Source of the DNA: Candidatus Sysuiplasma superficiale
GTDB lineage: Archaea > Thermoplasmatota > Thermoplasmata > Sysuiplasmatales > Sysuiplasmataceae
DNA length: 64,000 nt
NCBI GenBank assembly: GCA_019720975.1
Contig: JAGVSJ010000001.1
Location: forward strand, 34,400-98,399
Direction: 5' to 3'
Each line of letters begins with the position of its first letter. Position 1 is the stretch's first letter. The notes beneath the pieces were generated by a model that did no database searches, was not told the origin of the DNA, and saw nothing but the letters and a program-made list of their open reading frames with translations. Positions 47,501 through 57,566 of the stretch are shown here, in pieces. The translations under genes were made by a program, and so were the position numbers.

Positions 47501-48276
47501 GACTGATTCCCCTTGAGTAGAGGAACAAGGAGTGTTCCCGCTGTTGTGAGATCCAGAACGTACTTTGCCCTCGAATGTGATGTCCCTCTCATCTTTATCA
47601 CCTGGAGAGTTCGCAGCATGTCGCCGTTCCTCTCCAGATTTCCCATGAGTATCACGCCGTCAGCTATTGCCTCTTCAACACCGTATTTTGAGTAGGATGC
47701 GTCAGCTGCTGTGAGTTCTGAAATAAGAAGAGATGTTGTTCCCAGACCGGACAGCATCTTGCTGAGGCCGAGCATGAGGTTTCGCAGCTTTTCCTGAGTA
47801 TCAAGCTGATATGCGACAGATGTTATCGAATCTATGACAAGCCTGCGCGCGCGTGTCTCACGCGCAAGGTCGCCGATTGCCGCGACGAGAAGATCTACAT
47901 CTTCGAGGCTCATCCTGTCCCTGTTGAATCCCAGTTTCGAGTATATCGCGGATATATCGATGAATGTGAGCTTTCCCGACTTTATCAGTTCACGCCTGAA
48001 AAAATCATATGGAATCATGTTGGCTATGAGCTTTTCAAACGGTTCAGTGACCGAGAGATAGAGTCCGTTCTCTCCGGCTATTGCACCATGGAGGAGGTAT
48101 TCAAGGGACACGGATGTCTTGCCTGTACCGCAGTTGCCTGTCAGAAGAACGGTGTTATTGCGCGGAATACCTCCTCCCAGTATGCTGTCCAGGCCCTCTA
48201 TTCCTGTAAGGCATTTTTCCCTTCCAATGCCTACACCCTCTGCCCCTTCCATCTGGGAGACCGATTTCATCCGCAC
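47497..48276 (-). CDS. Single-domain KaiC-like ATPase
   Basis: TGIEGLDSILGGG, GNCGTGKT, LVIDS, ISE, ADGVI, RTLQVIKMRGT. Confidence 0.9.
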   Translation of the reverse strand: MRMKSVSQMEGAEGVGIGREKCLTGIEGLDSILGGGIPRNNTVLLTGNCGTGKTSVSLEYLLHGAIAGENGLYLSVTEPFEKLIANMIPYDFFRRELIKSGKLTFIDISAIYSKLGFNRDRMSLEDVDLLVAAIGDLARETRARRLVIDSITSVAYQLDTQEKLRNLMLGLSKMLSGLGTTSLLISELTAADASYSKYGVEEAIADGVILMGNLERNGDMLRTLQVIKMRGTSHSRAKYVLDLTTAGTLLVPLLKGNQS

Positions 48277-48459
48277 ACAGGGTTCATTTGACAGTCTTTA
48301 CGATTATCAAGCTTTTTACAACAGTGACGGCAACTGATAATCTATGTCCCGCGCCAGAGAGTGCCATCTGCAGGAAAAGTAATTGATGCTGCGACGCCAT
48401 CCGCCACCTCGGGCTGAATGATTCGACTTGGAGTTCCAGGCCTGATATGAGGTTTGGTG

Positions 48460-49089
48460 ATGGTTACGGCGACCGGAAGCGATGGAGAGGAAAGGGAGGG
48501 CAGTGAGCCGGTTATGGTGGTTGAGAATTGTGAGGAAGAGCTGTCCGACTGGCTGCTCTCCGAATACAGGCACTGTGCAGAACTCTGGCCGGGAACAGTA
48601 TTTACAAAAGTTAAGAGGAAGCAGGACAGGAGGATAATCAGTGATTTCGCGGTGGCCAGACAGGAAGATGCACTTACGTTCACTGGAGGGAGGGGATGCA
48701 TCATACTCGACCATAAGGCAGAAAAGACACTAACCAGGAGCGAGATGTTCAGCCACAGATACCTGATTGTGGGTGGCATACTCGGTTATGACAGACCCCT
48801 GGGAAGGACTGCAAAGCTGATCACACGAAGATTCGATCCGCGTAAAAACATCACAAGGAACATGGGTACGGTGCAGATGACCATTGACAGTGCTGTCTTT
48901 GTTGCAAGGGCCATGCTTCTCGGCGCTTCACTGAAAGATATAGAGATCACGGAACGGGTGGAGGTGAAATGGGATGACACTCATTCCACCATTCTCCCTT
49001 ACGGATATCCTCTGATTGATGGCCGGGTAATAATAACCCCCGGCCTTCTGGATGTCCTGAGCAAAGGATGGGGAGGTAGGGGGAAATGA
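48460..49089 (+). CDS. Sfm1-like SPOUT methyltransferase
   Basis: VEN.EEELS.WLL.EYRH, IILD, LIVGGILG, RNMG.VQM.ID.A, LPY.YP; start 48454, 48460 or 48514 uncertain. Confidence 0.8.
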   Translation: MVTATGSDGEEREGSEPVMVVENCEEELSDWLLSEYRHCAELWPGTVFTKVKRKQDRRIISDFAVARQEDALTFTGGRGCIILDHKAEKTLTRSEMFSHRYLIVGGILGYDRPLGRTAKLITRRFDPRKNITRNMGTVQMTIDSAVFVARAMLLGASLKDIEITERVEVKWDDTHSTILPYGYPLIDGRVIITPGLLDVLSKGWGGRGK

Positions 49090-49091
49090 CG

Positions 49092-50015
49092 TCAGAACCT
49101 TGTCCTGTGCAAATTCCTGCCCGAGGGCATCTCCTTAACAGCGGGTGACCAGTAACCCATATCATAGGCAAGTTTCTGCAGCCGCCTGATCCTCTGTTCA
49201 ATCGGAGGATGTGTTGACATGATGTTCATCATAGTGCTGCGCATCCTCCCGCTACCGACAATATAGAGGGAAGAGGATGAAGGGCTAACAGGAAGGGGAT
49301 GGGCACTGTTTATGTTTTCGAGCTTCTGAAGAGCCGAGGCAAGGGAAAGCGGATCGCCGATGGTTCTTGCTCCAACGATATCTGCCTCCGTCTCTCTCCT
49401 CCTTGAGATTGCCAGCTGGAGCAGGGCCGCAGCCAGAGGGACGGTGACCATCATAACCAGCAGACCGATGAGCCCGGTCTGGTTTCTTCTTCCGCCGAAG
49501 ATGGCTGCAAAGAAAAGCGAATTTGCAGCCCATGATATCGCACCGGCTATCGTTGCGGCAATGCTCATGACAAGTATGTCCCTGTCCTTGATGTGTGCCA
49601 TTTCATGCGCAATCACGCCTCTGAGTTCCCTGTCGTCCAGTACATTGAGGAGGCCAGAAGTGGCGCAGACAACAGCGTTGGAAGGATTCCTTCCAGTTGC
49701 AAACGCGTTGGGGGAAGTAAAACTTGAGATGGCAATTTTGGGCATAGGAAGATTGTAGGTCTGTGATACCTGCCTCACAGCCGAATAGAGACGGGGAGCC
49801 TCCGCCTCACTGACAAACCTTGCCCTGTTTGCTGAAAGAACGAGTTTTGTTGCAAAGAAATAGGTGAAGACATTGATGGCTGCTGAGATGAAGAGAAACA
49901 CCAGTGCACCGAGAATCGGCGATCCATAGAAGAGGTAACCTACAAAAGAGCCTATAATCAGGAATAGGCCGGTGAGTATCAGGAAAAGAACGGCAGTTCC
50001 TATTCTTGGTCCCAT
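49092..50015 (-). CDS. htpX: Membrane zinc protease HtpX (M48)
   Basis: PNAFATGRNP, GVIAHEMAH (HExxH), SRRRE..AD, STHPP...RI. Confidence 0.93.
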   Translation of the reverse strand: MGPRIGTAVLFLILTGLFLIIGSFVGYLFYGSPILGALVFLFISAAINVFTYFFATKLVLSANRARFVSEAEAPRLYSAVRQVSQTYNLPMPKIAISSFTSPNAFATGRNPSNAVVCATSGLLNVLDDRELRGVIAHEMAHIKDRDILVMSIAATIAGAISWAANSLFFAAIFGGRRNQTGLIGLLVMMVTVPLAAALLQLAISRRRETEADIVGARTIGDPLSLASALQKLENINSAHPLPVSPSSSSLYIVGSGRMRSTMMNIMSTHPPIEQRIRRLQKLAYDMGYWSPAVKEMPSGRNLHRTRF

Positions 50016-50311
50016 TTGCCATACCTCCCGATCCGTCCTACCATGAACCTGTATTTCAAGCTATTTCTGAATATTATTCGGTATTTGGCAATACCCATAC
50101 CCCGCCGAAAGCATATTTTCGCACGATTCCGTCATGTCTGGAGCGGGAATAGGAAAAAACCATATGGTTTCGCAAGCACGATTGAGGCGCTGAATGCGCC
50201 ATGCCTAATTTTCGCATCGGCAGTATTAAAATACAAAGGACATACTGACTTCAACTTACTGTGACCGGGCCAGAAGTGCGGGCCACGGAATAATGCATCG
50301 GGAGTAATAAA

Positions 50312-51565
50312 ATGGCAGAACAACTTGATCAATTTGAAATTGCGGTTGAGCAGATAAAGAAGGCTGCTAAGATACTGAATCTGGACAGGGGAATGGTTGA
50401 GATACTGACGCACCCCAAGAGAGAACTCACGGTCAATTTTCCCGTGAGGATGGATGACGATTCGGTGCGTGTTTTCACCGGCTACCGTGTTCAGTACAAC
50501 TATTCAAGGGGACCGTGCAAGGGGGGCGTCAGATACCACCCCAATGTGACACTAAACGAAGTCAGGGCTCTTGCAGCCTGGATGACCTGGAAGACGGCAG
50601 TTGTCAACCTTCCGTACGGAGGAGCGAAGGGAGGTGTCGTTGTTGATCCGAAGAAGCTCAGCAGAAACGAACTGGAGAGACTGACAAGGAGGTATACATC
50701 AGAGATAAGCATAATAATCGGACCTGAGAAGGATATACCGGCACCTGACGTTTATACCGATTCTCAGACAATGGCATGGATGATGGACACATTCAGCATG
50801 ATTAAGGGATATTCTGTCCCGGGTGTAGTGACCGGTAAACCATTGAGCGTTGGCGGTTCGGAAGGCAGAGGGGAAGCGACGGCAAGGGGCGCGATGTACG
50901 TTGCACGTGCTGCTGCAGAGACCGCAGGAATAGATACCAGGAAGGCGACTGTTGCTGTACAGGGCTTCGGAAACGCCGGATCTATAGGTGCCAGACTCTT
51001 CAGAAGCGAACTTGGCGCAAAGATTGTGGCCATAAGCGACAGCAAAGGAGCCATCTACAACAAGGATGGCATCGACATACCCAAGCTGGAGCAGTATAAG
51101 GCCAGAACAGGTTCAGTCGTAAACTTCCCGGGCACGAAGAATATGTCGAATGAAGAACTTCTGACCCTTGATGTGGACATACTGGTTCCCGCAGCACTGG
51201 AGAACCAGATAACGGAGAAGAATGCGTCCAAGATCAAGGCAAAGATGATTGTGGAGGAGGCGAACGGTCCTACGACGCCAAAGGCGGATGAGATACTCTT
51301 CAAGAATGACGTTATGCTGCTACCCGATGTGCTTGCAAATGCAGGCGGCGTGACAGTGAGTTATTTCGAATGGGTACAGGACATACAGAGCTTCTTCTGG
51401 TCGCTCGATGAAGTAAATCAGAAGCTGGAAAGGGTGATGACGTCAGCCTACAGGGACATACTTCCGATATCACAGAAGGAGAACATTGACATGAGGACAG
51501 CGGCATATGCGTATGCAGTGAAGAAAGTGGTTGATGCCCACACTGCAAGGGGACTCTGGCCCTGA
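50312..51565 (+). CDS. gdhA: Glutamate dehydrogenase
   Basis: GPCKGGVRYHP, MTWK, GGAKGG, DIPAPD, QGFGNAG, EANGP, NAGGVTVSYFEW. Confidence 0.96.
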   Translation: MAEQLDQFEIAVEQIKKAAKILNLDRGMVEILTHPKRELTVNFPVRMDDDSVRVFTGYRVQYNYSRGPCKGGVRYHPNVTLNEVRALAAWMTWKTAVVNLPYGGAKGGVVVDPKKLSRNELERLTRRYTSEISIIIGPEKDIPAPDVYTDSQTMAWMMDTFSMIKGYSVPGVVTGKPLSVGGSEGRGEATARGAMYVARAAAETAGIDTRKATVAVQGFGNAGSIGARLFRSELGAKIVAISDSKGAIYNKDGIDIPKLEQYKARTGSVVNFPGTKNMSNEELLTLDVDILVPAALENQITEKNASKIKAKMIVEEANGPTTPKADEILFKNDVMLLPDVLANAGGVTVSYFEWVQDIQSFFWSLDEVNQKLERVMTSAYRDILPISQKENIDMRTAAYAYAVKKVVDAHTARGLWP

Positions 51566-51634
51566 AACGGTGATACGTGCCGCCGAAATGGATATTTTCA
51601 AACCACTTAATTTTACATTTCCTGCATTATCCGG

Positions 51635-52198
51635 TCAGATCAGTTTGAGCAGATCAGATTTCGTAATGATCCCGGATATCTTTCCCTTCCTCTGCACAAG
51701 CACAGCTGGACTGTGCGTCAGAAGCGCAGCAACGGATTCCACAGGCGTATCTTCGGTTATCACAGGATAGGCATCATTCATTACTTCCTCCACCTTTACC
51801 CTGGACAGCTCATCCAGGCCCATCCCTTCCCTCAGCTTGTTAAGTATTATCTCCTCCGATATGCTTCCTATTACACTTTCGCCGCTCATCACTGGCAGCT
51901 GGGAATATCCTCTCTTCTTCATCAGTTCAGAGACAGCAGCAAGAGTGGAATCATTGCTCACTGATACCACCGATGGATGCAGAACGTCCTTTGCCGTCTT
52001 CCTCAGTTTGCGGGATCGTCCTTCAGCCTCAAGCGTGTTGAAGACCCTGGTAACAATTTCATAACTTGCCGAGATGCTCTTTCGCTCGAGTTTTGCAATT
52101 GTTGACTGACTCACGTTTGCGGCCTTTGCCAGCTGGCTCTGAGTCATATCAAGCTGTTTTCGCATCTTCTTTATGTCCTCTATTCTTGGGAATGGCAT
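51635..52198 (-). CDS. XRE-HTH plus CBS-pair transcriptional regulator (archaeal type)
   Basis: RKQLDMTQSQLAKAANVSQSTIAKLE; YSQLPV and GIITKSD CBS motifs. Confidence 0.9.
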   Translation of the reverse strand: MPFPRIEDIKKMRKQLDMTQSQLAKAANVSQSTIAKLERKSISASYEIVTRVFNTLEAEGRSRKLRKTAKDVLHPSVVSVSNDSTLAAVSELMKKRGYSQLPVMSGESVIGSISEEIILNKLREGMGLDELSRVKVEEVMNDAYPVITEDTPVESVAALLTHSPAVLVQRKGKISGIITKSDLLKLI

Positions 52199-52421
52199 AG
52201 TCTAACAGATTGCAAAACAGCTATTAATTCGTATTCGAATATGCGCATTCCTGACTCTGCCTCAAGCCAAGTTTATGGATGTCTGAAGTGCAGTTGAATG
52301 GTTTTCTGATGTTCAAAGGTAATTATTCCTTTCCGAATTTTTGTAACAGCGACTGATTTATTAAACATCAATGATTGTGCTGAAAATGACAGCGTTCAAT
52401 GAAACAGCGTACAGTTCGGAA

Positions 52422-53672
52422 ATGACATTCGTCGATGCACTTGTGTGCAAAGAATGCGGCAAGAGATTCCCGCCTGGGATAAGGAATGCTTGCGATGAAT
52501 GTTTCGCTCCGCTTGAAGTCAGGTACAGCATTGAATCTGTCAGGGAAATCTTCAGCCGGAAATTCATTGCCTCTGGACCTCAGAGCATCTGGAGATACTG
52601 GCCCGTTCTGCCTGCCGGACGGTTCGAAGGGGAAAAGGGGCTGAACCCGGGAATGACACCGCTGCGCGACTGCAGGAACCTTGCAAAGAAACTTGGTGTG
52701 AAGAGGCTGCTTGTGAAGGATGATACGGTGAACCCGACGTACTCATTCAAGGACAGGCCGGTGGCTGTCTCCATCTCAAAGATATTCGAGTTCGGATTGA
52801 ATGGCGCGGGATGCGCATCGACAGGGAATCTCGCAGGAGCCACCGCTGCAGCTTCGGCGAAGTATGGAATACCATGCTATGTTCTGATACCCTCAGGAAC
52901 GGACAGAGGGAAGGTGATTTCTGCACTTGCTTACGGTGCCACTGTCCTGGAAGTGAACGGAACATACGATGACGCTAACCGGCTTTCCAACCTCATCGCC
53001 GACAGGCATAGCATAGGTTTCGTCAATATCAATCTCAGACCGTACTATGTAGAGGGTTCAAAAACAATTGCGATGGAAACTGTTGAGCAGCTCGGCTGGG
53101 ATACCCCGGACAGCGTGATTGTCCCAATGGGTTCAGGCGCGCTGTTGACAGCTGTAAGCAAAGGACTGGAGGAACTGAAGGAAATTGGCCTGATACCTGA
53201 TTCAGAAGTACAGATATGTGGTGCCCAGCCTTCAGGGTGTTCGACAATAGCGGCAGCTTACATCTCTGGCAGGGACAGCATCATACCGGTCGAGAAACCA
53301 GAAACTGTAGCTGAGTCACTTGCCATAGGCGATCCAGCTTCAGGGTATGAGGCACTTTCCATAATAAGGAAGAGCGGCGGTTTCGCAGATGCACCTGAAG
53401 ACAGCGAGATTGTTGAAGGACAGCTCCTCCTGGCCAGGCATGAGGGAATTTTCGCGGAACCTGCCGGAGGGACGGTTATTGCCTCTCTGAAGAGGAAGAT
53501 AGAGGATGGCACAATTTCAAATGATCAGACTGTAGTCTGCCTGATAACAGGCAACGGCCTGAAGACATTGAGGCATCTGGAGGACGGATCTGCAGGTAAA
53601 ACGGTGAGCATCGGGAACAGCATTCAGGGCCTCGATGGTTTGTTTGAAAGCAATGGCAGGAGAGTGAACTGA
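52422..53672 (+). CDS. thrC: Threonine synthase-like PLP enzyme with N-terminal zinc ribbon
   Basis: CKECG...CDECFAPL, NPTYSFKDR, ASTGN, EGSKT, PMGSG, TGNGLK; start likely ATG 52422. Confidence 0.85.
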   Translation: MTFVDALVCKECGKRFPPGIRNACDECFAPLEVRYSIESVREIFSRKFIASGPQSIWRYWPVLPAGRFEGEKGLNPGMTPLRDCRNLAKKLGVKRLLVKDDTVNPTYSFKDRPVAVSISKIFEFGLNGAGCASTGNLAGATAAASAKYGIPCYVLIPSGTDRGKVISALAYGATVLEVNGTYDDANRLSNLIADRHSIGFVNINLRPYYVEGSKTIAMETVEQLGWDTPDSVIVPMGSGALLTAVSKGLEELKEIGLIPDSEVQICGAQPSGCSTIAAAYISGRDSIIPVEKPETVAESLAIGDPASGYEALSIIRKSGGFADAPEDSEIVEGQLLLARHEGIFAEPAGGTVIASLKRKIEDGTISNDQTVVCLITGNGLKTLRHLEDGSAGKTVSIGNSIQGLDGLFESNGRRVN

Positions 53673-53950
53673 TGGTGACTGTGAATTTTTCATCTGCAAT
53701 GCAATCGGTAACAGGCGGGAACAGGGAGATGGAGATAGACTTTGAGGGTACGGTTGATGCACTCTTTGCCAGACTTTCATCCATACTTGGGGATGAGTTC
53801 AGGAGGAGGGTCTGCGAGGATGGAAACAGGGTTAGAAGGTACATCAACGTATATGTCGACGGAAAGGACATAAGATTCCTCGAAGGCCAGAAGACGCTCC
53901 TTGGAAAGAACTCTGTGGTGGATATAGTTCCTGCTGTTTCAGGCGGTTGA
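53672..53950 (+). CDS. Ubiquitin-like sulfur carrier (MoaD/ThiS/SAMP/CysO family)
   Basis: RRYINVYVDGKDIRF, C-terminal PAVSGG; start overlaps the thrC stop. Confidence 0.92.
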   Translation: MVTVNFSSAMQSVTGGNREMEIDFEGTVDALFARLSSILGDEFRRRVCEDGNRVRRYINVYVDGKDIRFLEGQKTLLGKNSVVDIVPAVSGG

Positions 53951-53971
53951 CTGGAAAAATGAATTTTCGCA

Positions 53972-54943
53972 ATGACAGATTATATACCTGGCACTCATAG
54001 CCACTCTGTGCACTGGACCAGGGCGGCTGCCGTCGTGCTGCTTTTCGTTCTCCTCACAGCTCAGCTAACTGGCAGCGTTGGTGCCACTGACGTCAGAGTT
54101 TATGTCAGCACTGCCCGGAATCTGGCGTACTGGAATTCGACAACTGTGGATTACATCAATATAACGTATTCTCAGAGCAACGTGCAACTCAGAAGTGCAG
54201 GCAGTTCATTTATGTTCAAGGGGATAGTCAGCGGAAATGGAAAAGGAATGGCGGCACAGGTCACAGGCATCGCAAAAACACTTTCAGCCTTCAACAGCAC
54301 AGTAACACTCCATGGCTACAATGTAACCGTCAGAATACAGGGAGTTGCGACGGCTGAAGGCATTCGAGTAATTGCCTTTACGTATCTCAACATGTCTGTC
54401 GGGTGGCTGACCGATGGAACTGTGGGCGAATACAACATGAGCTGGAAGTCCCTTGACTATCAGGGACCTGTGACAGTCAGTGGAACAAACGGGACATATG
54501 TCAATGCTGATTCCCCCGCCTCCTTCTTCAGTTCAATAAAGTGGCTGTCGATATTCAGCGGCAACTATACCAGACTGGCGCATTACAACACGCTGAACTT
54601 CACGGCGCTTTCTCTTCAGCTGTCTGACTGGAACAGGGTCTATGAAAGCAGCAGCGGGCTCACACTGTATTCATTCAATCCAGCCGCTTGCACCTGCATG
54701 AATTTCACACTGGCTGCTACATATCATAACAGCACAATAAACTGCAGTGCTTCATTCCAGAGTGACCCCTCCGCACTCATCGCAACCACAGGGAGAAGTT
54801 ATGCCATAGGCAACACGATCTACACGGTACAGGGTTCAGGTTCATCGATATACAACTTCGCCATTGCTTCCGCCGTGATTGCGGCAGTGATATTTTTCAT
54901 GACAGCACTTGCAGTGAGGAGAGGAAGAAAGCGCCTAAAATGA
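53972..54943 (+). CDS. Hypothetical membrane-anchored surface protein
   Basis: N-terminal signal/TM segment, S/T/N/Y-rich body with many N-x-S/T sequons, C-terminal TM plus RRGRKRLK. Confidence 0.75.
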   Translation: MTDYIPGTHSHSVHWTRAAAVVLLFVLLTAQLTGSVGATDVRVYVSTARNLAYWNSTTVDYINITYSQSNVQLRSAGSSFMFKGIVSGNGKGMAAQVTGIAKTLSAFNSTVTLHGYNVTVRIQGVATAEGIRVIAFTYLNMSVGWLTDGTVGEYNMSWKSLDYQGPVTVSGTNGTYVNADSPASFFSSIKWLSIFSGNYTRLAHYNTLNFTALSLQLSDWNRVYESSSGLTLYSFNPAACTCMNFTLAATYHNSTINCSASFQSDPSALIATTGRSYAIGNTIYTVQGSGSSIYNFAIASAVIAAVIFFMTALAVRRGRKRLK

Positions 54944-55030
54944 ATGGCGATAGGAAGACAGGGGACAGAAGGACTGCGGCCCACACACCAGGGCAAAGTT
55001 AATTAGAGAACATGGGTAATATGCCAGTGT

Positions 55031-55201
55031 ATGAGTGTGCAGTGTGAGGATTGCCAGATGCCGCTGGAACTTATTGATCTGAAGAGGTTCAGCGACCTAA
55101 TGCATCCCGGCGGTTTCATCATTCTGTGCCGGGACTGTTCAGAAGGACGGGGCTTGAAATGGGAAAAGGGCAAACTGTGTGAACCGTCGAAGGATGACTG
55201 A
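55031..55201 (+). CDS. Small CxxC...CxxC zinc-finger protein (56 aa; not in ORF track)
   Basis: MSVQCEDCQMPLELIDLKRFSDLMHPGGFIILCRDCSEGRGLKWEKGKLCEPSKDD*; TATA-like AAAGTTAATTA about 25 nt upstream. Confidence 0.7.
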   Translation: MSVQCEDCQMPLELIDLKRFSDLMHPGGFIILCRDCSEGRGLKWEKGKLCEPSKDD

Positions 55202-55246
55202 TGACAGTTCACTGGTGTCCTTTGCAATTGTTGTTTCCTTAAGGCA

Positions 55247-57340
55247 TTATTTTCCTGCCGCCCTCAGCAGTTCTGTCTCACTGCCTGCAGGCGCAGAACA
55301 CGAATTTCCCCTGCAAAGGAATGCAAATGTGCGGTGTTTGCGGGCAGTCTGTTCAATCATTGCCCTTATCGTATCGGAGTACATGGAATGTTGAGAGGCT
55401 GATGCGTCCACTGCGATCAGCTCCTTTCCGGGGAGATAGAGCATGCCGGCTGCGCTGAGCAGTTCATCGTACCTCTGATCGCCAGGCGTTCCAACGACAA
55501 CAACGGATGCAACACCGTTTATCTGCAAGTCCGCGGCCTGAAACATCGAGCCCGAATAGGAGCCAGTCCCTGCACAGTATGGCATCGCAGCGCTGAGTAT
55601 CTTCTCCGAGTGACTGAGGTAGATGCTTCTACCGGTGATTGCCTCCAGTCTCTGGAAGAAAATTGCCGCTGCAGCATTCGGTGATGCGTTCGGTGCATCG
55701 AAGAGAGGTGTATTGTCTATGGCGGAGAGGGATGGATTGCCATCAAAGGATGTGCCTCTTTCCCTGTCTGAAAGGAGACCGGAGGGTGTTGTGTATCTAC
55801 CCGCAAGCAGATCGGCGACCGATATTGCAGCCTCAAGGAAGACAGCATCACCATGAAAACAGAAGGCATCAAGCAGTGCGAGTCCTGACTGAACCTGATC
55901 CTCGAGCATCCCGTGCGAGTTACATGGACGGCTGATAACATGTGCAAAACCCGTATCGGCACTGAACGAATGCCTGAGTGCATATTCCAGAAAGCTTCTG
56001 CAGGTGGCGGCAATGGTTGTGTCTCCGAAAGTTCTTGAATACTCATATATTGAAGAAATTATCATGCCGTTCCAGTTTGCGAAGACTGTCCTGTCCACTT
56101 TCGGAGCAGGCCTCTTTTCCCTCTCACGGAGAAGCAGCTTATTCGCCCTCTCAATCAGTTCGGCACATTTTCCCGGTGAGATCGAAAGTTGCGCTGCAAG
56201 CGAGTCTGTCGTCATTGCCCTGAAAAGCACGTGCCTGTCCCTTCTATCATGCATCTCCGCCCTGCCATGGAGATGGTAATAGAGAGAAGCAGCTTCCCAC
56301 TCCCTCCCGCCAAGCACAGAAGCCGCTTCGGACGGGGTCCATGTCCAGTAGTCTCCGTCATCGCCCGGGAAAGAATCGGCATCCTGACTTGCATAGAAGC
56401 CGTTGTCTCCTTTCAGCACTGTTGTAAGAAAATACAGAGTGTTCCTTGCGGTCCTCCTGTAATCCTCATCCCTGAAGAGCTGATATCCGTGGAGGTAGTT
56501 GCGCAGGAGACCGGCATTGTCGTACGACATCTTTTCAAAGTGTGGAACTATCCATTTCTCATCCGTTGAATATCTGTGAAAACCACCGCCAAGCTGATCG
56601 TTTATGCCACCTGACTGCATCCTGTTGAGTGTCATTACAATAACAGGCAGAGTTTCAGTGCTTCCCCTGCTGAATGAAGCCATAAGGAACTCGACAGCAC
56701 CCGCATGGGGGAATTTAGGCATATGGCCGAACCCGCCATTGATTGTATCTGCCTCGCCAAGCATCTCATGCATCGCAGCTTTGAGGACAGAGTGTTTCAT
56801 CTCTGCGCTCCCACCCCTTTCCATTTCAGCCTTCAGCGAGGCTATGACTCTCTGTCCAATTTCAGCCGCGTCTGCCTGATTTTTTGTGTAATAATCGTAG
56901 ACCCTCTCCAGCACCTCGTCAAAACCCGGAAGATCACCGGCAGGTTCAGGAGGAAAATAGGTTCCCCCGTAAAATGGCCTGCCTTCGTGATCTGTGAAAA
57001 CAGTCAGAGGCCATCCGCCCTGCCCTGTCATTGCATTCACCGCTTTCTGATAGCGGGAATCCACGTCGGGCCTCTCATCCCTATCTATCTTCACCGCGAC
57101 AAACTTCTCGTTTATGATCTTCGCTATCTTTTGATTTTCATATGTTCCCTCATCCATGACATGGCACCAGTGGCACCATGCAGCCCCGATATCCAGCAGA
57201 ACTGGCTTCCCTTCTCTCTTCGCCTTCTCAAAGGCTTCGCTGCACCATGGAAACCATTCCACAGGCTGATAGGCAGCCTCTCTGAGGTAGGTGCTTTGTT
57301 CGCTGATGAGCCTGTTTGACCTTTTTCCTTTCTCTGCCAT
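55247..57340 (-). CDS. YyaL/SPATA20-like thioredoxin-domain protein
   Basis: [46 protein letters not shown]. Confidence 0.92.
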   Translation of the reverse strand: MAEKGKRSNRLISEQSTYLREAAYQPVEWFPWCSEAFEKAKREGKPVLLDIGAAWCHWCHVMDEGTYENQKIAKIINEKFVAVKIDRDERPDVDSRYQKAVNAMTGQGGWPLTVFTDHEGRPFYGGTYFPPEPAGDLPGFDEVLERVYDYYTKNQADAAEIGQRVIASLKAEMERGGSAEMKHSVLKAAMHEMLGEADTINGGFGHMPKFPHAGAVEFLMASFSRGSTETLPVIVMTLNRMQSGGINDQLGGGFHRYSTDEKWIVPHFEKMSYDNAGLLRNYLHGYQLFRDEDYRRTARNTLYFLTTVLKGDNGFYASQDADSFPGDDGDYWTWTPSEAASVLGGREWEAASLYYHLHGRAEMHDRRDRHVLFRAMTTDSLAAQLSISPGKCAELIERANKLLLREREKRPAPKVDRTVFANWNGMIISSIYEYSRTFGDTTIAATCRSFLEYALRHSFSADTGFAHVISRPCNSHGMLEDQVQSGLALLDAFCFHGDAVFLEAAISVADLLAGRYTTPSGLLSDRERGTSFDGNPSLSAIDNTPLFDAPNASPNAAAAIFFQRLEAITGRSIYLSHSEKILSAAMPYCAGTGSYSGSMFQAADLQINGVASVVVVGTPGDQRYDELLSAAGMLYLPGKELIAVDASASQHSMYSDTIRAMIEQTARKHRTFAFLCRGNSCSAPAGSETELLRAAGK

Positions 57341-57509
57341 TGAAGTGCCATCTGCTTAACTTTTAGATATCACTATTGTAGCTCAGTTCAGTAGCAGAAC
57401 AGAGATTATGTATGGTTAGGTAAGAAAAAATTGAAAAAATTGGTACTTGAACCATCATTGTGAAAAATAGAAGGGAAAAATTATTTCGCCCTTCAGAAAA
57501 TTCAGGTTC

Positions 57510-57566
57510 TCACTTCTTTGCTTTCTTTGCCTTTTTTGCTGTCTTTGCTTTTTTCTTAGCGGGCAA
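57510..57566 (-). CDS. 18-aa Lys/Ala-rich peptide (M)PAKKKAKTAKKAKKAKK (not in ORF track)
   Basis: TTG start 6 nt after a GGAGTGA RBS, upstream AAAATTATATTT TATA-like box, downstream oligo-T tracts on the minus strand. Confidence 0.7.
   Translation of the reverse strand: MPAKKKAKTAKKAKKAKK

Noticed and set aside
46212-48276. Circadian clock kaiABC
   Set aside because: Single-domain proteins with no kaiA or kaiB; typical archaeal KaiC-like family instead
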